From Patescibacteria group bacterium (lineage in GTDB: Bacteria > Patescibacteriota > Dojkabacteria > JAKAPS01), in the NCBI GenBank assembly GCA_025450075.1, contig JANWIC010000009.1, forward strand, positions 38,368-102,367: 64,000 nt of DNA. The letters run 5' to 3'. Each line of letters starts with the position of its first letter. Position 1 is the first letter of the stretch. Positions 38,610 through 49,272 of this stretch are shown piece by piece. The translations under genes and the position numbers were made by a program. The notes beneath the pieces are model-generated. The model ran no database searches. It was not told where the DNA came from and saw nothing but the letters and a program-made list of their open reading frames with translations.

Positions 38610-39683
38610 TCATTCTAATTTTGAGGTGGGTGGGGTAGAAATTATCAATCCACCATCTGTTGAAGAAATAGGAGTTATTCTATCCCCTTTTGGATCTATA
38701 TGCTTTCGTATTTGATATGCGGTACCAGTTGCGGTTCTTACAATTCTTTCGATACTTGCAAATCTATATTGCTTTCGAAAATTATTTATATCCCAATTTA
38801 AATGATGTCTATTATTAATTTCAACAATTCTTTGATCAATATATTTTGTACTGACAGAAGCCAGTCCTATATCATTGAGGTAACAAAAAGAATACAATAA
38901 AATATGCGCTAATTCTTCACGATTATATCCAACTGCCTGCAAATCATCTATTAATTCTACGAATTCAATAAATCTTTCTTTTGCATCTCCGAAATCATAT
39001 ACTAAAGTATTATCAACTCTTTTCAATGAAAAAATATATTCTGTAAGGTCTTGAGGCGTATATGCTGTTATGAGATGATTAGATATATTTAATCGCCACA
39101 AAGGAAAATCATTATATCTGTATGCAATAGATTCAGTAATAGCTAAAAAATTTGGAGATTCTTCTAATATACCTAATACAGCTGCGTATTGATCAACTTC
39201 TTGATGGGTTTTTTCATGAAGATATCTCATTGGGACACCACCAATTTTACCATATGTTAACATATATATTAAAACACGCCTCGCTTCATCTTCATATAAT
39301 TCACTTAGTGGTAATCCTATTCCGAAGTTTCTAGAATAAATTCCACCAACTATCCTTTCTTCTAATTTTCCTTTAAATTCTTCGTTTTTTGTATAAAGTT
39401 TTGATCTGGGATCAAAGATAGCATTAAGTTCTTCGGGAGAAAGTTGTTCTCCTAATATCCCATTTGTCCAAATATCATCAAATATTACTCTAGATACTCT
39501 AGTCCTTTTATCGCCTTGTAAGTTATGAATTGCATCAGAAGCATGATGCATCAAATGAAGATAGTTTGCAGCATAATCTCGTTGAGTAGTTATCGTATTC
39601 TGTGAAAAATCAGAATGTATATCAGGAAATGATGGAAGCATCTCTTCTGCACCTATACCATATATTGATGGTGAATCGCTCAT
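38610..39683 (-). CDS. hypothetical protein (no recognisable domain)
   Basis: 357-aa soluble ORF with good coding periodicity. No Walker, nuclease, HTH or metal motifs recognised by eye. Confidence 0.45.
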   Translation of the reverse strand: MSDSPSIYGIGAEEMLPSFPDIHSDFSQNTITTQRDYAANYLHLMHHASDAIHNLQGDKRTRVSRVIFDDIWTNGILGEQLSPEELNAIFDPRSKLYTKNEEFKGKLEERIVGGIYSRNFGIGLPLSELYEDEARRVLIYMLTYGKIGGVPMRYLHEKTHQEVDQYAAVLGILEESPNFLAITESIAYRYNDFPLWRLNISNHLITAYTPQDLTEYIFSLKRVDNTLVYDFGDAKERFIEFVELIDDLQAVGYNREELAHILLYSFCYLNDIGLASVSTKYIDQRIVEINNRHHLNWDINNFRKQYRFASIERIVRTATGTAYQIRKHIDPKGDRITPISSTDGGLIISTPPTSKLE

Positions 39684-39798
39684 ATGAGGCTAGTCTGAAA
39701 TATATTTGAAAGATCCAAATTCATGAAGCGTATTTTTATATGCAGTAGAACTGAATCTATTTATAAATGATTTTTTTTCAATTTGCATTGTTTCCATA

Positions 39799-40398
39799 TT
39801 ATTTTCTTTTTGATTTGTAATAATAATAGAGAGCAATACCTAGCAAAATGATAATGATGAGGGCTGTAAAGTCCAATCCTACAAAACGCAGTACTTTATG
39901 AAGTAGAGGTAAGTTGTTTCCTAAGGCATACCCAAGAATTGCATAGACGGTTGACCAGAGAAAACATCCGAAGAAATTTGCAATAACAAATTGCATGTAT
40001 GGCATCTTATTCATTCCTGCTAGAAGGGGAGAGAAGATTCTAAGAAGTGCAGTGAATCTTCCAATAAAAACAGTTAATGATCCATAGCGTTTAAAATATT
40101 TCTGCGCTTTTTCAAGATGGTCTGTAGTTAATCCAACCCTATGCCCATGTTGTATTAAAAGAGCATATCCTTTCTTAAGCCCTATATAATAGCCGAGGTT
40201 ATCACCAAGAAATGAGCCTATTGTTGAGAATAGGATAATAAGCGGAAGCGAGAGGTTTCCAGATGCACCGGCATATACAGCTGCAGTAATTAAAAAGGTT
40301 TCACCGGGAAATGGAATCCCCATTCCCTCTAAAGCCTCGCCAATAATAAGGATGGGATAGCCAAAAATACTGATTAGATTAAGAATGAATGAGCCCAT
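39799..40398 (-). CDS. DedA-family (SNARE-associated/TVP38) membrane protein
   Basis: 'GIPFPGETFLITAAVYAGASGNLSLPLIILFSTIGSFLGDNLGYYIGLKKG' is the DedA core with the GxxxxG and FLxR-like region. 5-6 TM. Confidence 0.75.
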   Translation of the reverse strand: MGSFILNLISIFGYPILIIGEALEGMGIPFPGETFLITAAVYAGASGNLSLPLIILFSTIGSFLGDNLGYYIGLKKGYALLIQHGHRVGLTTDHLEKAQKYFKRYGSLTVFIGRFTALLRIFSPLLAGMNKMPYMQFVIANFFGCFLWSTVYAILGYALGNNLPLLHKVLRFVGLDFTALIIIILLGIALYYYYKSKRK

Positions 40399-40441
40399 GT
40401 AATTAGTATAACAGATTAATCTTCATTCAGCTTCTTATACA

Positions 40442-40957
40442 TTACTTTTTCATGTTTCCAAACATTCCAAGATGGCTTTGATCAAATTGTTTAACGTGAT
40501 TATTATGGGAGTATAATCCCTTCATTTTCGTCAGCCACATATAACTTGTACCTTCTAAACTTATTTCCCATTCGTTTGGTTTTAAGAAAGTTTGTACAAG
40601 TACAAGGGTTTCATCTTTTTCGCATTCCAGCTCAATGATTACTCTTACATTATCAACATTAACTATGACAATTTCATTATTTCCATTTTTGAAAACTTGA
40701 CGAGTTTTTGGCATATGTTGTTCGTCAAGATAATCATGCTGATTAAGAAATGTAATAAGATCTTCTCCTGATTTAAATTCTATGTCGTTGGTTTTTATTT
40801 CAATCTTTGTGAATATTTCATTGATAACTTTATTATCTAAAGGAAATTTTGTTTCAATTTCTTCGATAAGTGTGAATCCATGCACCTTTATTCGGTTGAT
40901 AAATTCATCTAGAGAAAGTGAAGTTAACCTAATCTTAATTTCTTTTTCACGTGCCAT
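40442..40957 (-). CDS. CYTH-domain protein (triphosphate tunnel metalloenzyme / class IV adenylate cyclase-like)
   Basis: N-terminal 'EKEIKIRL' (ExExK) and a later acidic 'IIELECEKDETL' block are consistent with the CYTH fold. 171 aa. Confidence 0.45.
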   Translation of the reverse strand: MAREKEIKIRLTSLSLDEFINRIKVHGFTLIEEIETKFPLDNKVINEIFTKIEIKTNDIEFKSGEDLITFLNQHDYLDEQHMPKTRQVFKNGNNEIVIVNVDNVRVIIELECEKDETLVLVQTFLKPNEWEISLEGTSYMWLTKMKGLYSHNNHVKQFDQSHLGMFGNMKK

Positions 40958-41017
40958 AAGGTCGAGATAATGTGCCCGAATTATAGCAGAATAAAAATCG
41001 GATAGGAAATAGTTTAG

Positions 41018-42160
41018 TTATTGTACAGTGATGTTTTGGGTATCCGGGATAACACTTATCCAGATCTTGCCACGATTAAATTGAATTTCATTTCCATTCG
41101 AATCATAAAAGCGAGTCCGATCGGTAATAGAAGTTTTTTTCCAAGTTGCTTGAATCTGTTTTCCATCTTCAAATACATATGCTTGTCCTTGTCCACTGAC
41201 TTCCTGAATAGAACGGTCTTTTTCATCATAAGTTTGTTTGTATGGAACTTTTTGGACAATGAGTGTTTTTGTATATACCTGTGTATTATCAAGAGCATCC
41301 ATAAATGGCTTCTGATAGTTATCTTCTCTGTTATATACATTATTTACAGGGTTGTATACCCAGAAAGTAGTTGAATAATCATTTGCGTATAGGAATGGTA
41401 TTTTTATGGTCGTAGCAGTACCTCGTGATTGTAGCTTTGCTTCATCTTTGAATATCCATTGTAAAGCTGGAGTAAGTCCACCCCAATTGCTTCCAGTCCA
41501 TTGGTGTTTTGTCTCTGCAACATTCCACAGGCGTTGAGAATCTGAATAGGCACAATTCCATACTGGACGAGTTGCCTGACATGGAGTGTCATAAGTTGCA
41601 GGAAAATCCCAGATAAGTGTTTTTACATGGTAATTTTGTAGGATCGCAAGAGCATTTGTTTCGGGATTATTTGTTTGAGCATATCCTGTATGCATGACAA
41701 TAATATCGTTATACTCTAATAGCCATTGTAAAAAGTATACTCGAATACTTCGTATTGGCATGATTTTGTAATCCTGTTGGTTTGACCAGAATATTCCCAT
41801 AAATCTTGTTATTGGCCCTTCAGTTAGAGCTTCATAAACGACATCTGCTTTGTTTAATCCTAACTGTGGTCGTGCAGAAGGGTCATTCGGAATCATTACG
41901 GCAATAGGTCGATGGAGGGAAAGGGATGTATATTGTTCTTTTGTCATTTGCGTCCCATTCAAAAAGTTATAAGCAACATCAGGAGAAGGTGTTGGAGTTA
42001 GTGTAGGAGTAATGGATTGCGCATTAAGGTGAGGGGATATATTTTGACTAGAGTGAAGAAGAAAAAATTTTGTTGCAATCCCTCCGCTTACAAGTCCAAC
42101 AAAAGCTACGGAACTAAGAATAATGATTCCTTTTTTCTCTTTAATAAATGTGGTAAGCAT
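41018..42160 (-). CDS. DUF3048-family secreted/lipoprotein-like protein (YerB-like)
   Basis: N-terminal TM/signal, low-complexity 'TPTLTPTPSP', then 'RPIAVMIPNDPSARPQLGLNKADVVYEALTEGPITRFMGIF', matching the conserved DUF3048 N-terminal block. Confidence 0.55.
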   Translation of the reverse strand: MLTTFIKEKKGIIILSSVAFVGLVSGGIATKFFLLHSSQNISPHLNAQSITPTLTPTPSPDVAYNFLNGTQMTKEQYTSLSLHRPIAVMIPNDPSARPQLGLNKADVVYEALTEGPITRFMGIFWSNQQDYKIMPIRSIRVYFLQWLLEYNDIIVMHTGYAQTNNPETNALAILQNYHVKTLIWDFPATYDTPCQATRPVWNCAYSDSQRLWNVAETKHQWTGSNWGGLTPALQWIFKDEAKLQSRGTATTIKIPFLYANDYSTTFWVYNPVNNVYNREDNYQKPFMDALDNTQVYTKTLIVQKVPYKQTYDEKDRSIQEVSGQGQAYVFEDGKQIQATWKKTSITDRTRFYDSNGNEIQFNRGKIWISVIPDTQNITVQ

Positions 42161-42259
42161 ATCTATACCAGTGTATCAAAGTTTACCTGCAGTGGCTAGA
42201 CAAGGTTGTTCCAATATCCGCAGTTTTTGAGTATAATACGAACGCCTTAAGATAAAATT

Positions 42260-43282
42260 ATGGATGGGCATATAATAAAAGAGCTGGAAAAGAAGTTGAA
42301 TGAAGTTCAGTCGTTACAAGAACTGGATGAGGTTAGACGTGCATACCTTGGAAGTAAAGGAAGTTTAAAGCTTCTTTCAAAGCAATTAGGAAACCTTCCA
42401 ATTGAAGAAAGGAAAGAACAAGGAAAGTTTCTTTTTTCATTACATGAACAAGTAGAATCATTATTGAATCAAAAGGAACAAGATCTTCAAGGGATAGAAG
42501 AAGAAAAGAAGTTAAGAGAAGATGCCGAATCTATTGGATTCACTCCTGTTAAAGTCGGCCATCTTCACCCGATTACCCAGGTTATTCGCAAAATGAATGG
42601 AATCTTTTACCAAATGGGATATAGTGTCATGGAAGGACCAGAACTTGAAACAGACGAATACAACTTCCAAAGATTAAATGTTCCATTAAACCATTCTGCA
42701 AGAGATATGCAGGATACGATATATATTGAAGAACCAAATTACCTTCTTCGCACCCAAACTTCTTCTATTGAATCTCATATCCTTCAGAATTTTGTTCCAC
42801 CTTTTAAGGCGGTTATTCCAGGGAGAGTCTATAGGAATGAAAAAGTGAACAAAAGTAATCATTTCATATTCCACCAATACCAAGGCGTTGTTGTTATGGA
42901 ACAAACAAGTTTAAAAGACTTATTTGGAACATTTACATATCTTTTCAGAGCATTGTATGGAGAAGATGTAAAGGTAAGATATAGAAGTAAATATTATCCT
43001 GAAGTTGAACCTGGAGCCGGATGCGATATGGAATGCTTCAATTGCAATGGAAAAGGATGTCCAGTATGTAAATATGTAGGCTGGATAGAAATGGGAGGAT
43101 CAGGTATGATCCACCCATCAGTTTTGCAGGCGGCTGATTTAGATACAAGCAAATGGATGGGGTTTGCCTTCGGGTTAGGACTTGACCGATGGGTGATGTC
43201 AAAGTACAAGATTACCGACATCCGATCACTTTTAGGAGGTAATCTTGCATATAAATATTACGAACATGAAAATACTATTTAG
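42260..43282 (+). CDS. pheS: phenylalanyl-tRNA synthetase alpha subunit
   Basis: 'HPITQVIRKMNGIFYQMGY', 'RTQTSSIESHIL', 'FNCNGKGCPVCKYVGWIEMGGSGMIHPSVL', 'AFGLGLDRWVM'. Confidence 0.95.
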   Translation: MDGHIIKELEKKLNEVQSLQELDEVRRAYLGSKGSLKLLSKQLGNLPIEERKEQGKFLFSLHEQVESLLNQKEQDLQGIEEEKKLREDAESIGFTPVKVGHLHPITQVIRKMNGIFYQMGYSVMEGPELETDEYNFQRLNVPLNHSARDMQDTIYIEEPNYLLRTQTSSIESHILQNFVPPFKAVIPGRVYRNEKVNKSNHFIFHQYQGVVVMEQTSLKDLFGTFTYLFRALYGEDVKVRYRSKYYPEVEPGAGCDMECFNCNGKGCPVCKYVGWIEMGGSGMIHPSVLQAADLDTSKWMGFAFGLGLDRWVMSKYKITDIRSLLGGNLAYKYYEHENTI

Positions 43283-45227
43283 CCAATTACAAGAATTAAT
43301 CCCGGATCTTACCGATACACCAAAAGAAGCAGGTGAAATTTTCACGATGATTGGTTATATGATGGACAGGTTTGAAGAGGTAATATTTAATGGTAAAAAA
43401 GATTACTTACTTGGTTTAGAAATTCGGCAAAACAGACCAGATTGTTTAAGTATTATTGGACTTGCTAAAGAACTCGCCGCATATCACGGGCTCCAGCTTC
43501 AGCTTCCTCAAACCTATCCGATTAACGAAGGAAAAAGTCCGGTTGATATTGCAATTAATGCAAAGGACTATGTGTGGAGAGTCATGGCATATGAAGTAAA
43601 AGGTGTTGACATAAAAGAATCACCAGTCTGGCTAAAAGAATTTCTTTCATTTTATGATATGAATAGTATTAACACATTAGTTGATATTTCTAACTTCGTC
43701 ATGTTGATGACCGGAGAACCCTCTCACATTTTTGATAAAGATAAAATTGAAGGGACACTAAGATGGGCATTGAATAAAAAGCATGAAAGCATAACGACCT
43801 TGGATGGATCTGTTATTCCTTTGAGCAAAAACATGCTTGTGATAGAAGATGATCATAATCCATTAGCATTAGCAGGAATGGTTGGAGGAGATAAAGCACG
43901 TATTACGGAAAGTACTACACATATCATTATCGAAATGGGAGTATATGACCGAGCACTAGTAACACAAAATTCACGAGAAGTTAGTATTACAACAGAGGCA
44001 AGTAGAAGGCTTGAAAAAGATCTGGATCCAAATAATATGGATTATGGAATGAAGATGCTTATGAACATGATACAAGAATATGGTGATGGAGAAGTTGTTT
44101 CTCAAGTATTTAACTTTTATGAAAATCCATATATCCCTCCGGTGATATCATTTGATTCATCACTTCCTTCCAGGTTTGCAGGAGTAAGTATTTCAGAAGA
44201 ACAATCAATTGAAATTTTGAAGAATTTAGGATGTGTTGTTGAAGGAAATTCACCATATATGGTAACTCCTCCTGTAAATAGATTGGACTTGCAAGTACCG
44301 GAAGATCTTGTTGAGGAAGTGACACGTATATATGGCTACTATAATATTCCATCAGACCAGGTACCTTCTCTCAAAGTTGTAAATGATATCACTCCTGTTA
44401 TAGCCAAATTGGATGAACAAATAAAGGATATTCTGGTATCAAACGGATTGGACGAAATACTTTCCTGGCCATTAACAGGGATAGAAGAAAATATTCAGGC
44501 AAATTATAAAAAATGGGAAGTTATAAAAACACAAAATTCAGTCAATGAAGAATTTCCGGATCTACGTCAAACACTTCTTGCAGGATTATTTCATCAATTT
44601 AAAGAATACAAAAAAAATAATTTAAACCATATCAGTATATTTGAGATTGGGAAAGTCTTTGGAAAACAAGATGGTGAGTACATGGAAAACGAATCGCTGG
44701 GTTTGCTAATTCATGATGATGGCCAGAAAGTTAGTTTAGATATGATACGAGGAATTATTGAAACCGTAATTCGATTATGCGGATTTAGTACTATCCAATA
44801 CAGAAAAAGTAAACATGTCCCGCTTCTTGCTAATCCATATTCAATCTGGGATATATTTGTAGACGATGTATTTGTTGGAATAATAGGCAAAAGTCGTCAA
44901 ATAGAATGGAAAGGGAATACATATTTTGCTGAAATTGACTTGTCTATTCTGGCATCTCGAATTGGATCTTTAACAACTAATCCGATAGTTGAAGTAACAA
45001 CAAAGATCATCACGCTAGATGCAAATCTAGAAAAAAAGCAGGGAGAAGAAATCGATAAAATTATTGGCCATGTGCGATCTTTACTTCCACTTGAAAATAT
45101 TTGGAATGTTGAAGTGATAGACATCTATCCATTAAAAGATACAACAAGATATACTATTCGTGTATCTTACAACAACATGTCTGATCAGGAAGCAAAAAAG
45201 CTTCATGTATCAATATTCGGAGAATAG
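43266..45227 (+). CDS. pheT: phenylalanyl-tRNA synthetase beta subunit (short form)
   Basis: B3/4 and B5 regions ('GLEIRQNRPDCLSIIGLAKELAAYHG', 'MAYEVKGVDIKESPVWLKEFL', 'NTLVDISNFVMLMTGEPSHIFD'). ATG 43266 overlaps the pheS 3' end. There is no N-terminal tRNA-binding domain. Confidence 0.85.
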   Translation: MKILFSQLQELIPDLTDTPKEAGEIFTMIGYMMDRFEEVIFNGKKDYLLGLEIRQNRPDCLSIIGLAKELAAYHGLQLQLPQTYPINEGKSPVDIAINAKDYVWRVMAYEVKGVDIKESPVWLKEFLSFYDMNSINTLVDISNFVMLMTGEPSHIFDKDKIEGTLRWALNKKHESITTLDGSVIPLSKNMLVIEDDHNPLALAGMVGGDKARITESTTHIIIEMGVYDRALVTQNSREVSITTEASRRLEKDLDPNNMDYGMKMLMNMIQEYGDGEVVSQVFNFYENPYIPPVISFDSSLPSRFAGVSISEEQSIEILKNLGCVVEGNSPYMVTPPVNRLDLQVPEDLVEEVTRIYGYYNIPSDQVPSLKVVNDITPVIAKLDEQIKDILVSNGLDEILSWPLTGIEENIQANYKKWEVIKTQNSVNEEFPDLRQTLLAGLFHQFKEYKKNNLNHISIFEIGKVFGKQDGEYMENESLGLLIHDDGQKVSLDMIRGIIETVIRLCGFSTIQYRKSKHVPLLANPYSIWDIFVDDVFVGIIGKSRQIEWKGNTYFAEIDLSILASRIGSLTTNPIVEVTTKIITLDANLEKKQGEEIDKIIGHVRSLLPLENIWNVEVIDIYPLKDTTRYTIRVSYNNMSDQEAKKLHVSIFGE

Positions 45228-45319
45228 TACGAAAAATACACTATTCGTATTTGGTGTATAAGATCTCTTTCTGTTATCATTAAGTAAGGCATTCTAAGAA
45301 TGCAATAACACAACTGCCT

Positions 45320-47242
45320 ATGTTAAATTTACTTCCTTTTGTAAAATCCTCAGGGATATACTGTTCCTTGACAGCATTACGATATGAAGAAGATTTTGGT
45401 ATCGGGGATATCCGGGGCGGATATAAATTTATTGATTTTCTGGCAAAAGCAGGATTCGGAGTATGGAAAATGCAACCTCTTCAACAAATGGATGGAGCTA
45501 AAGAATCAATTCCATATTATCCGCTTAGTTCATTTGCAATTGATGAAATTTATGCTGATATTTTAAGCTTGGAAGATATCGATTATGCTTCACGTCAGGC
45601 ATTCTTAGATAATCATAGAAGCATTTTACATGGTAATAAGTCTGTACAATATTCCCAGATTAGGCAATTAAAACAAAAAATTCTCCAGGAAGCATTCATG
45701 CTTTTTTATGAGAACCAATATCATAAAGATTCGGAGCGAAAACTTACTTTTGATAATTTCATTGCAAGAAATACAGCTTGGCTTCCTGATTTTGCGCTCT
45801 TTATGTCCATATTTAGCGCATATAACAGTCAAGTAAAAGAATGGCCTGAAGAATTATTACAAAAAGATGCGAATGCAATTAAGGTATATAAGGCAAAATT
45901 TGAGAAAGATATCCTGATGTATATGTATATCCAGTGGATATTACAAGAACAGTTTGTTGCACTGACTCAATATGCCCACAATAAAAACGTTTATCTTATA
46001 ACAGAAATTCCTTTCTATCCGAGTATATTCAGTGCTGATGTTTGGGCACATCCAAATCTATTTGAAGTTGATGTGAACCTTAATCCTCTTGCATATCCAG
46101 GATCTGCACCAGATTTATCCCATCCGTACGGTCAACAATGGAATTACGCATTATATAACTGGGAGAAAATGAAATCTAATGGGTATAGCTGGTGGATAAA
46201 TAGGTTAGCAAAGTTATCATCATATACGGATGGAACAATCATAGACAACTTTGACTGCTTTTTGCAATATTGGAAAATTACAGGAAACCAAGGAAGGGGT
46301 TTTACTGGCCCTGGGGTAGAGCTTCTCAATATGATTGCAAAACAATACAAAGATGAAAAGCTATTTATGCTTTATGCCGATAATTCTTATTTATCAGGAG
46401 GTGTAGGAGAAACTTTACGAAAACAAGTAGGCTTTGAAGCCTATTTCCCATATATTCAAAAATATAAAGATATTTTAAAACATACAATTGATTATCAAGC
46501 TGCTGCACAAATAAGCGTTGCTGATACACCAACTTTAAAAGGGTGGTGGAAGATGCTTCCAGAAGTTGATAAGAAATATGTTTTAGAAGAACTGAATGTA
46601 CCAGTTATGGAAAGTGACCTTCAGGAATTGAAAGATACTGTTAGATGGAGAATCTTGGAAGATATCCTTTATCAACCATTCACTCTCGTGCTTCTACCGA
46701 TTCAAGAGATTCTCGGGCTTGATGTAACTATTCAGGGAAAGTTAACTGAAGATTGGGTATATAGAATGGATATATCCGTCGAAGAACTACTAAAAGATGA
46801 TGATCTTATAAGTAAATTTGATATTTATGCAAGTAAGTTTTCAACAAATAGATATTTTAAAGAATACCGTCTTCGGGCAATTCCTGAAATCTATGATGAA
46901 GTACAAAGGCATTATACCGTTGGTGAGACGATTACGCTTTGGGCTTTAGTTGAAAAGGAACATGAAATAAGTGGGATAACGAATTTGCCTGTGGTGGGAA
47001 ATATGAGCGAGGAAATTAAAGAACTACCTTTCATGAAAGTTGCGGCAGATACCAGAGGGACACTTTTTCGTCTTGAGATTATTGCTCAAAAACCGGGAGA
47101 ATATGTTATTTCGGTTCATGCAGGGAATAATTCTATTAGGAGTCTAGAAAAAAAACTTGAAGTTATTATTGAAGATGATAAGAAAAACTACAAACCATTC
47201 TTTAGTTCCGTGTTTAAACCATTTCCAAAGATAAGTGATTAA
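45320..47242 (+). CDS. malQ: 4-alpha-glucanotransferase (GH77, MalQ-like) with ~150-aa C-terminal extension
   Basis: N-terminal 'SSGIYCSLTALRYEEDFGIGDIRGGYKFIDFLAKAGFGVWKMQPL' matches the GH77 start. Aromatic-rich catalytic core. The C-terminal ~150 aa (VGETITLWALVEKEHEISG...) is an additional beta-rich domain. Confidence 0.7.
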   Translation: MLNLLPFVKSSGIYCSLTALRYEEDFGIGDIRGGYKFIDFLAKAGFGVWKMQPLQQMDGAKESIPYYPLSSFAIDEIYADILSLEDIDYASRQAFLDNHRSILHGNKSVQYSQIRQLKQKILQEAFMLFYENQYHKDSERKLTFDNFIARNTAWLPDFALFMSIFSAYNSQVKEWPEELLQKDANAIKVYKAKFEKDILMYMYIQWILQEQFVALTQYAHNKNVYLITEIPFYPSIFSADVWAHPNLFEVDVNLNPLAYPGSAPDLSHPYGQQWNYALYNWEKMKSNGYSWWINRLAKLSSYTDGTIIDNFDCFLQYWKITGNQGRGFTGPGVELLNMIAKQYKDEKLFMLYADNSYLSGGVGETLRKQVGFEAYFPYIQKYKDILKHTIDYQAAAQISVADTPTLKGWWKMLPEVDKKYVLEELNVPVMESDLQELKDTVRWRILEDILYQPFTLVLLPIQEILGLDVTIQGKLTEDWVYRMDISVEELLKDDDLISKFDIYASKFSTNRYFKEYRLRAIPEIYDEVQRHYTVGETITLWALVEKEHEISGITNLPVVGNMSEEIKELPFMKVAADTRGTLFRLEIIAQKPGEYVISVHAGNNSIRSLEKKLEVIIEDDKKNYKPFFSSVFKPFPKISD

Positions 47243-47243
47243 T

Positions 47244-49271
47244 ATGGCAAATCCTTTGATAAGTATCAAAAATATAACAAAGACGTATAAAGAGAAAAAA
47301 AATCGTATTCAAGCTTTGGATCATTTAACTCTCGATATATACAAAGGAGAGTTCCTTGTTATTATGGGGCCATCGGGAAGTGGAAAATCTACTCTACTAG
47401 ATATTCTTGCATGTATTGATACACCAGATGAAGGAAGTGTCTGGTATAGGGATTTGGAACTTACTAAGGCTTCTTCAAAAATTATTGCTTTATACCGACA
47501 AAGAATTATTGGAATTGTATTCCAAAGAAACTTTAACCTTATTCGAAATTTATCAGTCAACACAAATTTGCTTTTGCCTCGATTATTAAATAAGGTTCAT
47601 GAAAGACAAGCAGATTTTGATTCACTTAACTTATTACTTGATTTGAATCTGAAAGAAATTGAAAAGCGGCCAGCAGAAACACTTTCATTGGGTGAGCAAC
47701 AAAGGGTAGCAATTGCCCGAGTTCTTATGAATAACCCGGAAATTATTATTGCTGATGAACCAACTGGAAATTTGGATAGTGCAAATGGAGCAAGGCTAAT
47801 GGAAATATTAAAAAAGCTCAATGAAGAGAATGGTAAAACTATTATTATCGTTACCCACAATCCTGAATTTGCCACACTTGCAAGCAGGGTAATATATCTC
47901 AAAGACGGAAAAATTGAAAGAACTGAAGTTAGAATAGATAAATCTACAAATGAAGATGATACAAGTGAAAATATTTTAAAAACTGAGAAAGCAAAACCTT
48001 TTAGATTGTCTACAGCCATATGGTTAGCTTCTCAGTTATTCATGAAAAACAAATACCGCTTTATTATAACTCTTTCAAGTATTATCCTTGCATTAGCAAT
48101 TCTAGTTGTACAGATAGATTTAGTTAATCTGTCACCTGAAACTATTTCAGCAAGTAAAGATGCAACTGGATACAATAATGAGATAATTGGTTCTCAACAA
48201 ATTGTTATTGCGGCACAAGGAAAGGAATACTTTGATAATCCTTGGCTTCTAAACCCATACCTACCGATCTCTCCAGGAAGACTTGTAACAAAGGGAGGAA
48301 TAGCAAACATTAGTTCGATACCGCATGTAAAGGATGCCTATCCGGTTATTCCACTTGAAGTGAAAACACCAAATATCTCTTTTTTTGCAGAAACCGGATC
48401 ACCGGTAGCCACTTCCAATCTCCCATCAACATATTTTGTATCTGGTGCGTATTTTAAAACAGACACGCAACATGCAATCATCCTTAATGAGGAGATAGCT
48501 CGTGTTATAGCAGGGGGAAGTGATGTCACTTCCCTTATTGGAACGACAATTCCTATCCAAGTGAGTATTCGTGAGATTCCATTATCGCAAAATGTCTCCA
48601 TTCATGAGAATGCAACAATAGTTGGAATTCAAAATTATGCTGAGCCTTGGATTGTTGCCCAGGTTCCTTATGCCTTTGGAGATTTAATTCAAAACAATAT
48701 TCTGAAAGGATACCCCATAACAAAAATTGATGTTGATGGCGCATCTCATCTTTCCCAGGTTAAAGATGCTTTGGGTAATATGGGATATGCTGCATTTAGC
48801 CAAACAGACGAATTGCATATTCTTGATATTATCATTAATCTTATTGCTATTGTGTTATTAAGCATCATTCTCTTAAACTTTATTGCCATTTGCATCAATA
48901 TCCTAAATGCAATTGTTATTCTTGTGGTGAAAAAATCTCGTATGCTTATGGCGCTATTATCTATTGGGGTCAGGAAAAATGACATAAAAAAATACATTCT
49001 CCTTCAAGGAATAATTATTGGAACCATTGCAGGCATAGGAGGATGGGTACTGGGATATGTATTTTCTGATATTCTTGCAAATGATATTACGGTTACAATA
49101 CTTGGCGGATCTAAAACCGGTGCAGGAAATCCTTTATTATTTGTTTCAAGCCCCGGTGAAATGGTTATTTTAATTTTAATATCGATTGTTTTGGCAATAC
49201 TAGAAGTTACATATTATATGTATAAGATTCCGTCGAAGAAATCTGTGTTGAAAATATTACGAAGAGAATAA
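47244..49271 (+). CDS. ABC transporter, fused ATPase-FtsX permease (MacB-like)
   Basis: N-terminal ATPase 'GPSGSGKSTLLDILACID', signature 'LSLGEQQRVAIARVL', Walker B 'IIIADEPTGNLD'. C-terminal FtsX-type 4-TM permease with a large extracytoplasmic domain between TM1 and TM2. ATG 47244 is directly after the malQ stop. Confidence 0.85.
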   Translation: MANPLISIKNITKTYKEKKNRIQALDHLTLDIYKGEFLVIMGPSGSGKSTLLDILACIDTPDEGSVWYRDLELTKASSKIIALYRQRIIGIVFQRNFNLIRNLSVNTNLLLPRLLNKVHERQADFDSLNLLLDLNLKEIEKRPAETLSLGEQQRVAIARVLMNNPEIIIADEPTGNLDSANGARLMEILKKLNEENGKTIIIVTHNPEFATLASRVIYLKDGKIERTEVRIDKSTNEDDTSENILKTEKAKPFRLSTAIWLASQLFMKNKYRFIITLSSIILALAILVVQIDLVNLSPETISASKDATGYNNEIIGSQQIVIAAQGKEYFDNPWLLNPYLPISPGRLVTKGGIANISSIPHVKDAYPVIPLEVKTPNISFFAETGSPVATSNLPSTYFVSGAYFKTDTQHAIILNEEIARVIAGGSDVTSLIGTTIPIQVSIREIPLSQNVSIHENATIVGIQNYAEPWIVAQVPYAFGDLIQNNILKGYPITKIDVDGASHLSQVKDALGNMGYAAFSQTDELHILDIIINLIAIVLLSIILLNFIAICINILNAIVILVVKKSRMLMALLSIGVRKNDIKKYILLQGIIIGTIAGIGGWVLGYVFSDILANDITVTILGGSKTGAGNPLLFVSSPGEMVILILISIVLAILEVTYYMYKIPSKKSVLKILRRE

Positions 49272-49272
49272 T

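Noticed and set aside
42161-42259. Possible T-box leader upstream of pheS
   Set aside because: The intergenic region is only ~100 nt, far shorter than a T-box riboswitch. I could find no specifier-loop or antiterminator pattern.
45229-45260. Weak inverted repeat TACGAA...TTCGTA plus T-run after pheT as a terminator
   Set aside because: The stem is only 6 bp and AT-rich with a 10-nt loop. That is too weak to call.
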